From Rhodospirillales bacterium (GTDB lineage: Bacteria; Pseudomonadota; Alphaproteobacteria; Bin95), in assembly GCA_038143065.1 (NCBI GenBank), contig JAYQLI010000012.1, positions 79,198-143,197 of the forward strand: a stretch of 64,000 nucleotides of DNA, given 5' to 3'. The translations under genes and the position numbers were made by a program. The notes beneath the pieces were generated by a model. The model searched no databases and was not told where the DNA came from. It was given only the letters and a program-made list of their open reading frames with translations. Of the stretch, positions 1 to 10,124 are shown piece after piece (position 1 is the stretch's first letter; every line of letters starts with the position of its first letter).

Positions 1-21
1 AAGTTAGCTATTTGTTTAATT

Positions 22-902
22 TTGGTATCTACGCTTGGGTTCGCGTTGCAAGACACGGTTGTGAAACTCCTAGCTAATATTGGTTCTTTGTGGCAATTGA
101 TGTTTCTGCGAGCAGTAATTGTCGTTTTAATTCTAATAACTTGGGCAGTACTTAAAAACCATCTAAATTTGATAAGACCAGCGGGCTGGAAGTGGCCAAT
201 TATTCGCGCCTTTTTAATGAGTTGTGCGTACACTTTTTTTTATGCATCACTTCCTTTTACTTCACTAGCACAAGCGGCATCATGTTTTTTTATGGGCCCC
301 ATTTTTACCTGCCTATTTGCCGCCATAATATTAAAGGAAAAAATTGGAAGATGGAGAGTATCCTCAATTTTTTTGGGATTTTTAGGGGTACTTTACATTA
401 TTCAGCCCGGCACTTCTGGTATGCAGGCCATTTTGTTTTTGCCAGTTTTAGCGGGGGCATCTTACGCACTTGCAGTTGTAATAACTCGAGGATATTGCGC
501 AGATCACCCTGCCTTATCATTAACAATTATTCATAATGCATTTTATGCATTGATTGGCGCACTAATGATCACGGTTATTCCAATTTTCCCAATTGAAATA
601 GACACACGAGTTTCAAATCCATTTGTTTTATCTGGTTGGGTACAACCAACATCAATGATACTTTTTTGATTGGAATTACATCGATCACTCATATTGTTGC
701 AATGACCGCCTCTATACGAGCCTATCAGTCAACCGAAAGTAGCTTTGTTGCCCCTCTAGAATACACATATTTAGTTTTTGCTCTAATAATTGATTACACG
801 GTTTGGCAAACACTTCCTAATGCGCAGGGACTAATTGGTGTAACATTGGTTATTGGCGCAGGGGTCATGATTGCAATTAGAGAAGGAATAGAAAAGAAAT
901 AA
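22..902 (+). CDS. DMT/EamA family transporter (5' end may lie before window; frameshift near 661-668)
   Basis: ORFs 22..669 and 636..902 join into a multi-TM protein with EamA motifs (PIFTCLFAAIILKEKIG, SFVAPLEYTYLVFA); break at a T homopolymer. Confidence 0.85.
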
Positions 903-1176
903 GTGGCACAATTACGCACATTTAAAGGCAGTACTAACTAGATTCTGACCTAGATAAGCGGGCATCGAAAAGCGATTGGAACAAAAAATTGCAAAACTCT
1001 TGAGAGCTGGCAAAAGTATCGTTCCCTTCACTTAAAACCTTCCACATGTTTCCACACCTTCCACCAAAGTATCCCCACCCCACCTCACATTACCAACCAC
1101 TCACCACAAAAGCGTTTAATGAGATCAGCTTGTTTGCTAAGAAAATAGCAAAGGCGAAACAGCCGCTCAGTTCTGT

Positions 1177-1855
1177 TTAAGTTCTGTTAACACCTGTTGG
1201 GTGCGCTGTGCCGTCAATTACAAGTTTCGGCTCTATACCTACATCAATTAACTCGGGTCGTTTTCCATATATTTCGACACTTTCATTAATGCTTTTTATA
1301 TCCTCTACAAAATTTCATTAACCGAGGAAATCCATCTAATAATTTTGGATCAAGCTTCTTCGACAAATCTAGGTGGTGAAAACACGCAAACTCAGCAGCT
1401 CTGGGCGTGTCATCAACAAAATACTTTCCATCATGTTTGTTCAGATAACGCTCTAAATCGAAAAATCTGCTTTCCAAATCAGCTCTCATCGCATCTCGTT
1501 TAGCTTTAAAGTCTTCACCAACCGCAAAATTAACGGTTGGATTTAAAGGCGCAAATAATTCCTGTGAACTTTGTAATACAGCACTTGCTTCAGCGGCCTT
1601 TTCTGGATCAGGTATCGTAAGACCTGCTATTGCTTCTATATAATTTAAGATCGCTATGCTCTGAGCAATCTGAGTTCCATTATCTAACTCCAAAATTGGT
1701 AATTGTTTAAATGGCACATTTGCTTTTACGTTAATCCATTGATCGTCAAAATGATCCCAAGACATCAGATACTTGTACTCTATGCCAGAAGAGCACATCA
1801 GCATTTGTGGTGCCTCGGCAAGCGCCCGCATTTTAAAATAAATAAGCTTAATCAT
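1177..1855 (-). CDS. Glutathione S-transferase family protein (frameshift near 1310)
   Basis: MIKLIYF..R, PFKQLPIL, IAQSIAILNY GST motifs; removing one T at ~1310 extends the frame to ...HPTGVNRT* at 1177. Confidence 0.85.
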
Positions 1856-2060
1856 CTGTCACCTTCACCAGTATGCACGATCCTAAAAGCGTAACGGCTA
1901 AAAAATAATTTTCAAAGAAATACCTTTTTCGAGAAAAAATGTGAGAGCAGGATACCTAGCAACTAGAGCGGCCGAGCTTTTTCTCCCCCCTTCTTTTTCT
2001 TGATGTTGAACAATTCATTTGCTTAGGTTGATGCCTAATCTTTGAAGTTAAGGAAACAAA

Positions 2061-2324
2061 ATGTCATTGAACAAATATACTAAAGCCGAACTTCTTGAGA
2101 TGCTTTCGTCTAGGGGCATTGATGCAAAGCCATCAATGAAGAAGGATGCGCTAATTGAATTGTTAGGAAATACCGTCGAGCCAGCGCGGGAAGAAGCAAT
2201 GATCGAAGCATCAGCGTCCGAGGAAAATACAAAGAGCACCACCAAACCAAGTGCATCTCAACCAGTATTTCTAGTAGTTGGTGTATTTATCGTACTCGCA
2301 ATTCTTGCATGGATAATACTCTAA
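2061..2324 (+). CDS. Small protein with N-terminal HeH/SAP/Rho-N-like motif and C-terminal transmembrane helix
   Basis: TKAELLEML...GI...SMKKDALIELL pattern; hydrophobic C-terminus VFLVVGVFIVLAILAWIIL; AAGGA RBS upstream. Confidence 0.6.
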   Translation: MSLNKYTKAELLEMLSSRGIDAKPSMKKDALIELLGNTVEPAREEAMIEASASEENTKSTTKPSASQPVFLVVGVFIVLAILAWIIL

Positions 2325-2406
2325 TATTGTTGAGATAATGTTTGCCCAGCGTTTCCTCAGAAAAGCAAAGGCTCAGCGCTTTTCCGCTAAACCCTTGATA
2401 TTAGCA

Positions 2407-2435
2407 GTGAGCTGTACAGGATTTGAACCTGTGAC
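2407..2435 (-). pseudogene. Degenerate tRNA 3' fragment (T-arm plus acceptor strand, tRNA-Lys-like), probable att scar
   Basis: Minus strand GTCACAGGTTCAAATCCTGTACAGCTCAC has a GGTTCRAATCC T-arm; no D-arm or anticodon arm. Confidence 0.5.
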
Positions 2436-2464
2436 TCTCATCAATTTCAATGAACTACGCTTGT

Positions 2465-2630
2465 TGTCTTAGCCCCCTAGCTCTGTGCCTTTATATTTTG
2501 GCAAAGGGAGTAAGGAAACATGTCTCGAAAGCGTTATTCTGATGCAGATGTGTTGAAGTTATTACGCAAAATTGATGTTCATTTGCACGATGGTTTAGAC
2601 GTAGTAAGTGCGTGTCGCAAAGCTGGGATT
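2465..2630 (+). mobile_element. IS3-family left end with truncated OrfA
   Basis: TG-starting end, then ATG at 2520 giving MSRKRYSDADVLKLLRKIDVHLHDGLDVVSACRKAGIS, an IS3 OrfA N-terminus. Confidence 0.7.
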
Positions 2631-2733
2631 TCTGGACTGGTTTTGAAGTAGTCGAAAGGATACAGGGTTGGGCATGTCACAGAAGTTAATTTCCAAGATG
2701 CTGCTGGGCAAGGTGGTTTATTCTGACAAAGCC
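2631..2733 (-). mobile_element. IS6-family left-end fragment
   Basis: IR GGCTTTGTCAGAATAA (2733-2718) followed by MPNPVSF..YFKTSPE, matching the IS6 remnant at 50484-50811. Confidence 0.7.
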
Positions 2734-3748
2734 GATGCATGCATTGTAGCCTGTAACAAAAGTCTAGGCTGAGTTTGAGCTTCCTCTTGAAAATTTAATT
2801 TTGAGCGCCATCCTCTCCAATTCGCCTGAATAAGAGCTTGAGCCGTCGCACCGCCAAGCGTGGTGCCTGGGCCCAAAACGATAAAAACATCTGGCATAAA
2901 TTCACGCGCCGCTGTGCGAATAGCTGCCGTAAAGTCATAAGGTTCAACAACCTGATGCCCTAGCGTGTAGTTATATAGCGCGCTAATATCTGTCGAGTTG
3001 GGATACCAAATTGCACCACGACCATCAATGAGCGGGATGGTCGGTTGGACAAATAGCTGCTCTGAAAGCGCGTCAAAGCCAAGTTTGGAAATAGGTCTTT
3101 GCAAATGGGTATGAAAACCTGCATGATTTTGTAGGCGCATCGGGAAACGCCCCTGTAAAGCTGGGACTGATCTTTCAAATGCGCTCAAACCTGCCTCGTT
3201 TCCCGCAAGTACCAACATGCCACCAAGATCAATGGATAGGCCCAGATCGTGATCTGGGCGGGCGTTGATCGTGGCGGCTTCAGACAGCAAATTGTCGCGT
3301 CTGCCAGGAATTTCTTGCCAATTATCGTCTAGAAAAGGATAGATCAATTGGCCACCAATCATGTGAACTTGCATGAGCGTTCCCATGGTGTTGACAACCT
3401 GCATCCCACCCATGGGATCAAGTGCACCCGCGCAAGCCAACGCGATATACCAACCCATGGAATTGCCCGTTATCCCAACAATATCGAAAAGATCACGATC
3501 AATGGAAACAAAATCAGAATAGGCGCAGGCATAAATAAGCGGTGCCGCATTGTCACCGCGCGTGTGTGTGGGACCAGAAAATTGGGAAAACGTATCTAGC
3601 TCACTGATTTTTTTTGGCCAAGCGTGGCGCGGTAAGCATCAAATTGGTCAAGATTTGGAGCGTTCGGGTGATGCCGTTTCAGATAACCGAGTTCGTTTTT
3701 ATTATAAGTGCCCCGGCCAGGCGCGATAACAACTGCGGTTTGTTTCAT
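2718..3748 (-). CDS. FabD-like (ACP S-malonyltransferase family) acyltransferase; frameshift at T-run ~3608-3616; C-terminus runs into IS6 end
   Basis: N-terminus MKQTAVVIAPGRGTY from ATG 3748 (overlaps E1 stop), GNSMG nucleophile motif, HAGFHT, VLGPG. Confidence 0.75.
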
Positions 3749-5928
3749 AAGGTATTCCAAAGCTTCGTAGCAGCCGTGATTATACTCTCTCGACTGGGCA
3801 TTGTGGCGGCATATGCTGGACCCGTCGCGATAAAGCTATCTTCCGCAGCAAGACGTGCCACGGGGAGATCGCTGCGTTCCGTAAGCATCGCAAATAAGGC
3901 TTCGGCCTGGCCACCGGTTCCGCGACATTCATCTACAACCAGAACTTTTTGTGCACCGTCAATGGCGGATAATATGCCCTCGGCAGGAAGAGGGGCAATC
4001 CAGCGGATGTCGACAATACGTACTTCAATTCCTTGTTTTTTCAGAACTTTAGCGGCTTGTTGTGATAAATAATGACCATTGCCATAAGTGATAATAGCCA
4101 AAGGGCCATTGCCTGTAACGCCGACTTCGCCCAATGAAATGCATTCATCCATTGCGGGGTAAGTGTGCATCCAACCGCCGTCTTTTTCATCGTGCAAATC
4201 ACGCATTGGATACAGCGCGATGGGTTCTACAAACACCACAACACGCTGTTCTTCGCGCGCTAGTCGTAAGCATTCGCGCAGCATTTTAACAGCGTCAGCA
4301 CCGTGGGATGGGCAAGCAACGATCACTCCAGGGATGTCGCGCAAGACTGCAAGCGAATTATCGTTATGGAAATGCCCACCAAAACCTTTTTGGTAACCCA
4401 ATCCCGCTATGCGCAGCACCATAGGGTTTGTGAATTGTCCATTGGAAAAAAAAGAGAGCGTTGCGGCTTCGCCGCGAATTTGATCTTCAGCGTTGTGAAA
4501 ATAAGCAAGGAACTGGATCTCAGGAAGTGGAATAAACCCGTTATGGGCCAAACCGATCGCCAAGCCGAGTATGGATTGCTCATCTAGCAATGTGTCGATC
4601 ACCCGATCCTGACCGAAACGATCACAAAGCTTTTGGGTCACACCATAAACGCCTCCTTTACGGCCCACGTCTTCGCCCATCATTATAATTTCAGGATGTT
4701 CAAGCATAAGATCGGTCAATGCCCAGTTTATCAACTTCGACATATTTTGAGGTTTTTCCATTTGTTGTATGTCGCTGCCGAATGCAATCTCTCGTGCCTC
4801 TTTAGATGGACCGTTGGTGAGCTTACATTCTCTTTTGGGTGGCACGATAGAGGCCATGACCTCCCGCGATGTAGACAGACGTTGTTGTTGGATCACCTCC
4901 TCAGCGACTCGAGCGCATTGCTCTTCAGTCTCAAGATATATTGAGAGAACCTGGTCAGCCGTTAGAACGCCGCTTTCGGTAAGCAAGCGCGCCGAATGCA
5001 GCAGCGGATCGTTTTGCTCCCATTCCTCAAATATACTTTTCGCCAGATAAGTTTGTTGCAGATCTGCGCCTGCATGACCGTAAAGGCGAACCAGCGAAAG
5101 ATGTAAAAATGCAGGTTTCTTTCTTTTGCGGACATATTCTGCAGATGCCTGTGCTACGCAAAAAGTGTCAAATAAATCAAGGCCGTTTGCTTTGAAGTAT
5201 TTCAGACCTGGTTTATTGGCAAAGCTTGCGCCAATCCAACCTTGAGGTGTGCGCGTGGAAATGCCGATATCGTTGTCTTCACAAACAAACAATAGAGGTA
5301 GTGGGACAGATTGATAGGAGGTCCAGCAGGCTGTATTTATTGCCCCTTGCGCTGTGGAATGGTTCGCCGACGCATCACCAAACGAGCACATGACAATGCT
5401 ATCATCCTTCAAAACTTTGTGTTCAGGTGGATGTCGTTTGGCTAATGAAATGGAATATGCAGTACCGACCGCTTTGGGAAGGTGACTGGCAATCGTAGAC
5501 GTTTGGGGCGGGATGTTCATAGCCTTGGATCCAAGTACCTTATGACGACCGCCAGACATAGGGTCCGATTTTGCGGTGGAGAAGCTGAGCAGCATATCCC
5601 AAGCAGGTGTTGTTCCAGGCACCATTGCAGAACGGCGCGTTTGAAACGCACCATCCCGATAATGCAGAAACGCCATATCATCGGGCCGTAATGCAGAAGC
5701 AATCGCCGCCATGCCTTCGTGCCCGGATGAACCGATGGTATAAAACCCTTGTCCAGCGCTTTGCATTTTGCGCGAGCGTCGATCAAGATTTCGGCTCAGG
5801 CATTGAGCCCGAAAAATCGCAACGGCCTCAAAGCTAGACAAAGGACCGTATGGCGCATCACCACTGGGAAATTCACCTGCACTCACTCTGGCAAGAAAAG
5901 CCTCGTGAACGATATCTGCGCGATCCAT
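3745..5928 (-). CDS. ThDP-dependent 2-oxoacid dehydrogenase E1, fused alpha/beta subunits
   Basis: 727 aa; GDASAN...DNDIGIS ThDP motif, RLYGH, GEDVG..GGVYGVT, DTLLDEQSI, PEIQFLAY beta motifs. Confidence 0.9.
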   Translation of the reverse strand: MDRADIVHEAFLARVSAGEFPSGDAPYGPLSSFEAVAIFRAQCLSRNLDRRSRKMQSAGQGFYTIGSSGHEGMAAIASALRPDDMAFLHYRDGAFQTRRSAMVPGTTPAWDMLLSFSTAKSDPMSGGRHKVLGSKAMNIPPQTSTIASHLPKAVGTAYSISLAKRHPPEHKVLKDDSIVMCSFGDASANHSTAQGAINTACWTSYQSVPLPLLFVCEDNDIGISTRTPQGWIGASFANKPGLKYFKANGLDLFDTFCVAQASAEYVRKRKKPAFLHLSLVRLYGHAGADLQQTYLAKSIFEEWEQNDPLLHSARLLTESGVLTADQVLSIYLETEEQCARVAEEVIQQQRLSTSREVMASIVPPKRECKLTNGPSKEAREIAFGSDIQQMEKPQNMSKLINWALTDLMLEHPEIIMMGEDVGRKGGVYGVTQKLCDRFGQDRVIDTLLDEQSILGLAIGLAHNGFIPLPEIQFLAYFHNAEDQIRGEAATLSFFSNGQFTNPMVLRIAGLGYQKGFGGHFHNDNSLAVLRDIPGVIVACPSHGADAVKMLRECLRLAREEQRVVVFVEPIALYPMRDLHDEKDGGWMHTYPAMDECISLGEVGVTGNGPLAIITYGNGHYLSQQAAKVLKKQGIEVRIVDIRWIAPLPAEGILSAIDGAQKVLVVDECRGTGGQAEALFAMLTERSDLPVARLAAEDSFIATGPAYAATMPSRESIITAATKLWNTL

Positions 5929-5947
5929 AAATTATTTCCCTAGATGT

Positions 5948-7156
5948 TCAAAAAAAGGCCTGCAAGCCGGTCTGTGCGCGGCCCAAGATAAGGGCATGCA
6001 CATCATGGGTTCCTTCGTAGGTGTTAACCGTTTCCAGATTAACCATATGGCGGATCACCTGAAACTCCTCAGAAATTCCATTGCCTCCGTGCATGTCACG
6101 AGCATGGCGAGCAATTTCTAAGGCTTTGCCGCAATTATTACGCTTCATAATACTGATCATTTCTGGCGCAGCCTTTGCCTCGTCCATCAGGCGGCCAATG
6201 CGCAAGCTTCCCTGCAAACCAAGTGTGATTTCAGTTTGCATATTGGCCAATTTCAATTGGAAAAGTTGTGTTTGAGCAAGTGGTTTATTGAACTGTTTAC
6301 GATCCAAACCATACTGGCGCGATGCATGCCAGCAGAATTCTGCAGCCCCCAGAACACCCCATGAAATACCGTAACGTGCCCGGTTCAAACACCCAAACGG
6401 CCCCTTAAGACCTTCGACATTCGGAAGCAGTGCATCTTCGCTCACTTCCAGGTTATCCATAACAATTTCGCCGGTGATTGAGGTACGCAATGACATTTTA
6501 CCGCCAATTTTAGGTGCCGAAAGACCTTTCATACCTTTATCCAGAATGAAGCCGCGAATTTTATCGCCATGGGCGTTAGATTTTGCCCAAACCACAAATA
6601 CATCTGCGACTGGGCTGTTTGAAATCCACATTTTAGAACCGTTAAGGACATACCCGCCCTGCACTTTTTCTGCGCGGGTTTTCATATCACCCGGATCACT
6701 ACCGGCATCTGGTTCAGTAAGCCCAAAACAACCGATGAATTCGCCACTGGCCAGTTTAGGTAAATATTTCTGACGCTGTTCTTCGGAGCCATAGGCATAT
6801 ATCGGATACATCACCAATGAGGATTGCACGGACATCATAGAACGGTACCCAGAATCAACACGTTCAATTTCGCGCGCAACCAGCCCGTAAGTGACATAAG
6901 ATGCGCCTAAACCGCCGTATTCCTCAGGAACGGTAACGCCAAGCAAACCCATTTCTCCCATTTCACGGAAAATTTTTGTTTCTGTGGTTTCATTGGCATA
7001 GGCTTCAATAACGCGAGGCTGTAGTTTTTCTTGAGCAAAGGTACGGGCTGAATCCCGCATCATCCGTTCTTCCTCATTGAGTTGCTGCTCCAGAAAAAAT
7101 GGGTCATCCCAGTTAAAACAAGACAAGCCTGGGACGTCTTTGGGTTTTAGTGACAT
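5948..7156 (-). CDS. gcdH: Glutaryl-CoA dehydrogenase
   Basis: [55 protein letters not shown] signatures. Confidence 0.93.
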   Translation of the reverse strand: MSLKPKDVPGLSCFNWDDPFFLEQQLNEEERMMRDSARTFAQEKLQPRVIEAYANETTETKIFREMGEMGLLGVTVPEEYGGLGASYVTYGLVAREIERVDSGYRSMMSVQSSLVMYPIYAYGSEEQRQKYLPKLASGEFIGCFGLTEPDAGSDPGDMKTRAEKVQGGYVLNGSKMWISNSPVADVFVVWAKSNAHGDKIRGFILDKGMKGLSAPKIGGKMSLRTSITGEIVMDNLEVSEDALLPNVEGLKGPFGCLNRARYGISWGVLGAAEFCWHASRQYGLDRKQFNKPLAQTQLFQLKLANMQTEITLGLQGSLRIGRLMDEAKAAPEMISIMKRNNCGKALEIARHARDMHGGNGISEEFQVIRHMVNLETVNTYEGTHDVHALILGRAQTGLQAFF

Positions 7157-7167
7157 ATGACTATCCT

Positions 7168-8400
7168 TTATGAAAGTTTGGCCACGGCGTTAGCAATACG
7201 CGCACAACCTTCTTTTAAATCCGCCATCGCATAGGCGTATGACAATCGAAAATGGCCGGACAAACCAAAAGCGCGCCCGGGCACAAGCGCAACGCCGGCA
7301 CTGGCTAAGATGTATTCACAAAATTCGGCGTCAGTGGTTAGCTCGGTTCCATCTGGCGTTTTGAGGCCAAAGGTTTTCACACATGAGGGAAAAACATAAA
7401 ACGCACCGCCCGGGGTGGGGCAATCAAGGCGCCGTGTTTTGTTCAATGCATCCACCACATAGTCTCGACGTTCTTTGAAAGACGCTAGGCGTTTGCTCAG
7501 AACATCTTGTGGCCCTGTAAGGGCAGCAATTGCGGCGGCCTGCGAAATTGAGCATGCTCCAGATGTGGATTGGCCCTGCACGCCCACCATTGTAGCGATA
7601 AGTTCACGCGGGCCAATGCCCCAGCCCAAACGCCAACCAGTCATGGCATAGGCTTTGGACACACCATTTACAATGAGCATGCGGGCCAAAAGGTCGGGCG
7701 CAATTTCACGGAATGATGTGAAAGTATCATATGAGATATGTTGATAAATTTCATCTGCCAATATCCAAACATGCGGGTTTGCACGCAAAACATCAGCGAG
7801 AGCAGATAATTCTTGTGAAGAATATAACGCGCCAGACGGATTGCCAGGTGAATTCAGCAATAACCATTTTGTTTTTGATGTAATTGCGGCAGACAGTTGT
7901 GCTGGGGATAGCTTGAAATTTGTTTCGCCAGTGCATGCGACTGGCACTAAATTAGCCTGACAAAACGCTACTATGTCGGCGTATGATGTCCAATAAGGCG
8001 CAGGAACAATAACTTCGTCTCCTTGATTAAGCGTGGCCAGGAAAGCATTTGATAGCACCTGTTTCGCTCCTGTACAGACGATCACTTCGGTTTTGTCCGG
8101 TTTTCCGCTTGGGCCGGAAGCCGTGTGTTCTATAATGGCCTTCCTTAAAGAAGGTATGCCCTGCGTTGGTGGGTAAGTTGTTTGCCCTGCTAGCATAGCA
8201 GAATGCGCGGCTTCGATGATATTCATTGGTGTTGGGAAATCTGGTTCGCCGGTACCAAAACTAAGAATATTCTCACCTTTAGCTTTGCGGGCTTGCACTG
8301 ATTCTGAAATCCGAACGATTTCGGATAGTTTAACAGCTGCAGCGCGGTCAGATCTAGCAAACATAGGTGTTTTAATTTTTGTGTTCATTACGATACGCAA
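7168..8400 (-). CDS. PLP-dependent class I/II aminotransferase (AspC-like); true start probably slightly downstream
   Basis: [32 protein letters not shown]-lysine motif. Confidence 0.9.
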   Translation of the reverse strand: MRIVMNTKIKTPMFARSDRAAAVKLSEIVRISESVQARKAKGENILSFGTGEPDFPTPMNIIEAAHSAMLAGQTTYPPTQGIPSLRKAIIEHTASGPSGKPDKTEVIVCTGAKQVLSNAFLATLNQGDEVIVPAPYWTSYADIVAFCQANLVPVACTGETNFKLSPAQLSAAITSKTKWLLLNSPGNPSGALYSSQELSALADVLRANPHVWILADEIYQHISYDTFTSFREIAPDLLARMLIVNGVSKAYAMTGWRLGWGIGPRELIATMVGVQGQSTSGACSISQAAAIAALTGPQDVLSKRLASFKERRDYVVDALNKTRRLDCPTPGGAFYVFPSCVKTFGLKTPDGTELTTDAEFCEYILASAGVALVPGRAFGLSGHFRLSYAYAMADLKEGCARIANAVAKLS

Positions 8401-8481
8401 TTATTTTTGTTGATATGAAACAGATATCTTTATTAATATCGAATATTACGGACAAATTTTACGAAATTTTGGAATTAGATC

Positions 8482-9402
8482 ATGTCAAAATGGAATGATA
8501 CTTCCATCCCGAGGAGGTTCCTACCTCCGTTTGCGTGGCTCGCCTCGTTCGAAGCAGTTGCAAGGCGCGGATCGGTCACAACTGCGGCCCATGAACTAAA
8601 CCTTACGCAAGGCGCGGTCAGTCGCCATGTGCAAAAGCTGGAACAGCAAATCGGTGTGCAGTTGTTTGAACGGGATAAGCAGCGCCTGCATTTAACGGGG
8701 TCGGGTAAGACTTATGCAGAAGAGGTGCGCCAAGGCATAAGCCAAATAACCAACGCTGGCGTCAAATTGCATACTAACCCTAATGGGGGCGCGTTGAATT
8801 TAGCGGTGCTACCAGCATTCGGAACCCATTGGTTAGCGCCGCGTTTGGCGGATTTCATTGGCCAGTGTCCTGGCGTGACAGTCAATCTGTCAACGCGAAC
8901 CCGTCCTTTTGACTTTTCGAACGAGAATTTTCACGCGGCCATACATTTTGGATTGAACGACTGGCCGGACGTGAACAGCTTGTTTTTAATGGAAGAAGAA
9001 GTAGTTGCCATTGCAGCACCCCTGATCGTGAAGCCAAGCGCCGCAAACGATATGGACGAGATTCTGAAAATGCCACTGTTGCATCTGCAGACACGGCCGG
9101 CAGCGTGGAGCCGTTGGTTTGCGCAACAAGATTTAGACGTGAAAAATATAACCGGCATTCAGTTTGACCAGTTTGCGACGATGATACAAGCAGTAGTTTC
9201 TGGCCTTGGCGCGGCAATTGTGCCCAAATATCTTGTCGAGAACGAGCTAAAACAAGGGAGACTGGTTGGGCTGGGCGGTTCTGCGACATCTGTAATTGGA
9301 TCGTATTTTCTTGTATGGCCAGAACGCAGCGCACATCATCCCCCGGTTATGGCTTTCCAAAAGTGGATGAAATCCCTGGTAGGAGAAAACGCAATAATTT
9401 AA
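8482..9402 (+). CDS. LysR-family regulator (GcdR/GcvA-like), divergent from the gcdH operon
   Basis: N-terminal HTH (SVTTAAHELNLTQGAVSRHV), LPAFGTHWLAPRL; position typical of gcdR. Confidence 0.88.
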   Translation: MSKWNDTSIPRRFLPPFAWLASFEAVARRGSVTTAAHELNLTQGAVSRHVQKLEQQIGVQLFERDKQRLHLTGSGKTYAEEVRQGISQITNAGVKLHTNPNGGALNLAVLPAFGTHWLAPRLADFIGQCPGVTVNLSTRTRPFDFSNENFHAAIHFGLNDWPDVNSLFLMEEEVVAIAAPLIVKPSAANDMDEILKMPLLHLQTRPAAWSRWFAQQDLDVKNITGIQFDQFATMIQAVVSGLGAAIVPKYLVENELKQGRLVGLGGSATSVIGSYFLVWPERSAHHPPVMAFQKWMKSLVGENAII

Positions 9403-9911
9403 CCATCGGAGGTTGCCAGTTTTTTCTTAGATGGTTGTTGATTGGGACGCCAAGGTGCACGGCTACTGTGATCATTGGCAGAAATCAGTTTTTGGGTCAG
9501 CGTCATATACAAAGCGTATTCTTCATCTGTCAGAGGATCTATCAGCCGCCTTTGTGCTTTCACCATTCCAGGTTTCACTTTTTCGACAAGCTGGCGTCCC
9601 GCAAGGGTTATTTTGGCCAGCTTTGTGCGTTTGTCTGTCGGATTATCGGGCCGCTCCAGTAACTCGCGTTTGGCCAGACGTCTGATAACATCCGCAGCGG
9701 TGTTTCTGTCCACGCCAATCATTGAGGCAATGGTAACCTGATCGCGAACATTGCCATCTACAAGTACCGTAAGCACACCAAATTGGACAGGTGTTAGATC
9801 ATGCTTGCCGCATTCCTCCAGAAAAAGGGCTACGTGGATTTGGTGCAACCGCCGAATAAGGTGTCCCGGTCGATCTGTAAGGTTTTGAAAAATCGAATCA
9901 TCAACTGACAT
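9399..9911 (-). CDS. MarR-family transcriptional regulator
   Basis: PGHLIRRLHQI, LTPVQF, DKRTK wing motif; divergent from the hydantoinase/F420 operon. Confidence 0.9.
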   Translation of the reverse strand: MSVDDSIFQNLTDRPGHLIRRLHQIHVALFLEECGKHDLTPVQFGVLTVLVDGNVRDQVTIASMIGVDRNTAADVIRRLAKRELLERPDNPTDKRTKLAKITLAGRQLVEKVKPGMVKAQRRLIDPLTDEEYALYMTLTQKLISANDHSSRAPWRPNQQPSKKKLATSDG

Positions 9912-10059
9912 AGAGGCTCTGGTTTTAATTACTGCTTAATCGGTATTATATACCAAAGCACCGTGATTTAAACCAGCGCTTGAAAATGTAAGGTACAGCG
10001 GGCCGCACACAGGAAGAGCCACAAGGTGTGTGGATGACGGATAAAAAAATGTCTTTTAT

Positions 10060-10089
10060 TTGACACCGCCAATTTCCGTAGTACACTAC
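10060..10089 (+). promoter_or_regulatory. Sigma70-like promoter overlapped by palindromic operator
   Basis: TTGACA (10060-65) N16 TACACT (10082-87); GTAGTACACTAC (10078-89) covers the -10. Confidence 0.65.
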
Positions 10090-10124
10090 CTAATATTGTG
10101 TGTTCGAACTTTGGAGAAAACCGT

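Noticed and set aside
1170-1200. GTTCTGTT direct repeat as an integrase arm site
   Set aside because: One copy lies in the corrected 3' end of the GST gene; likely coincidental
9942-9954. GGTATTATATACC as a fourth MarR operator before marR
   Set aside because: Palindromic, but differs in length and core from GTAGT-N2-ACTAC; too weak to call
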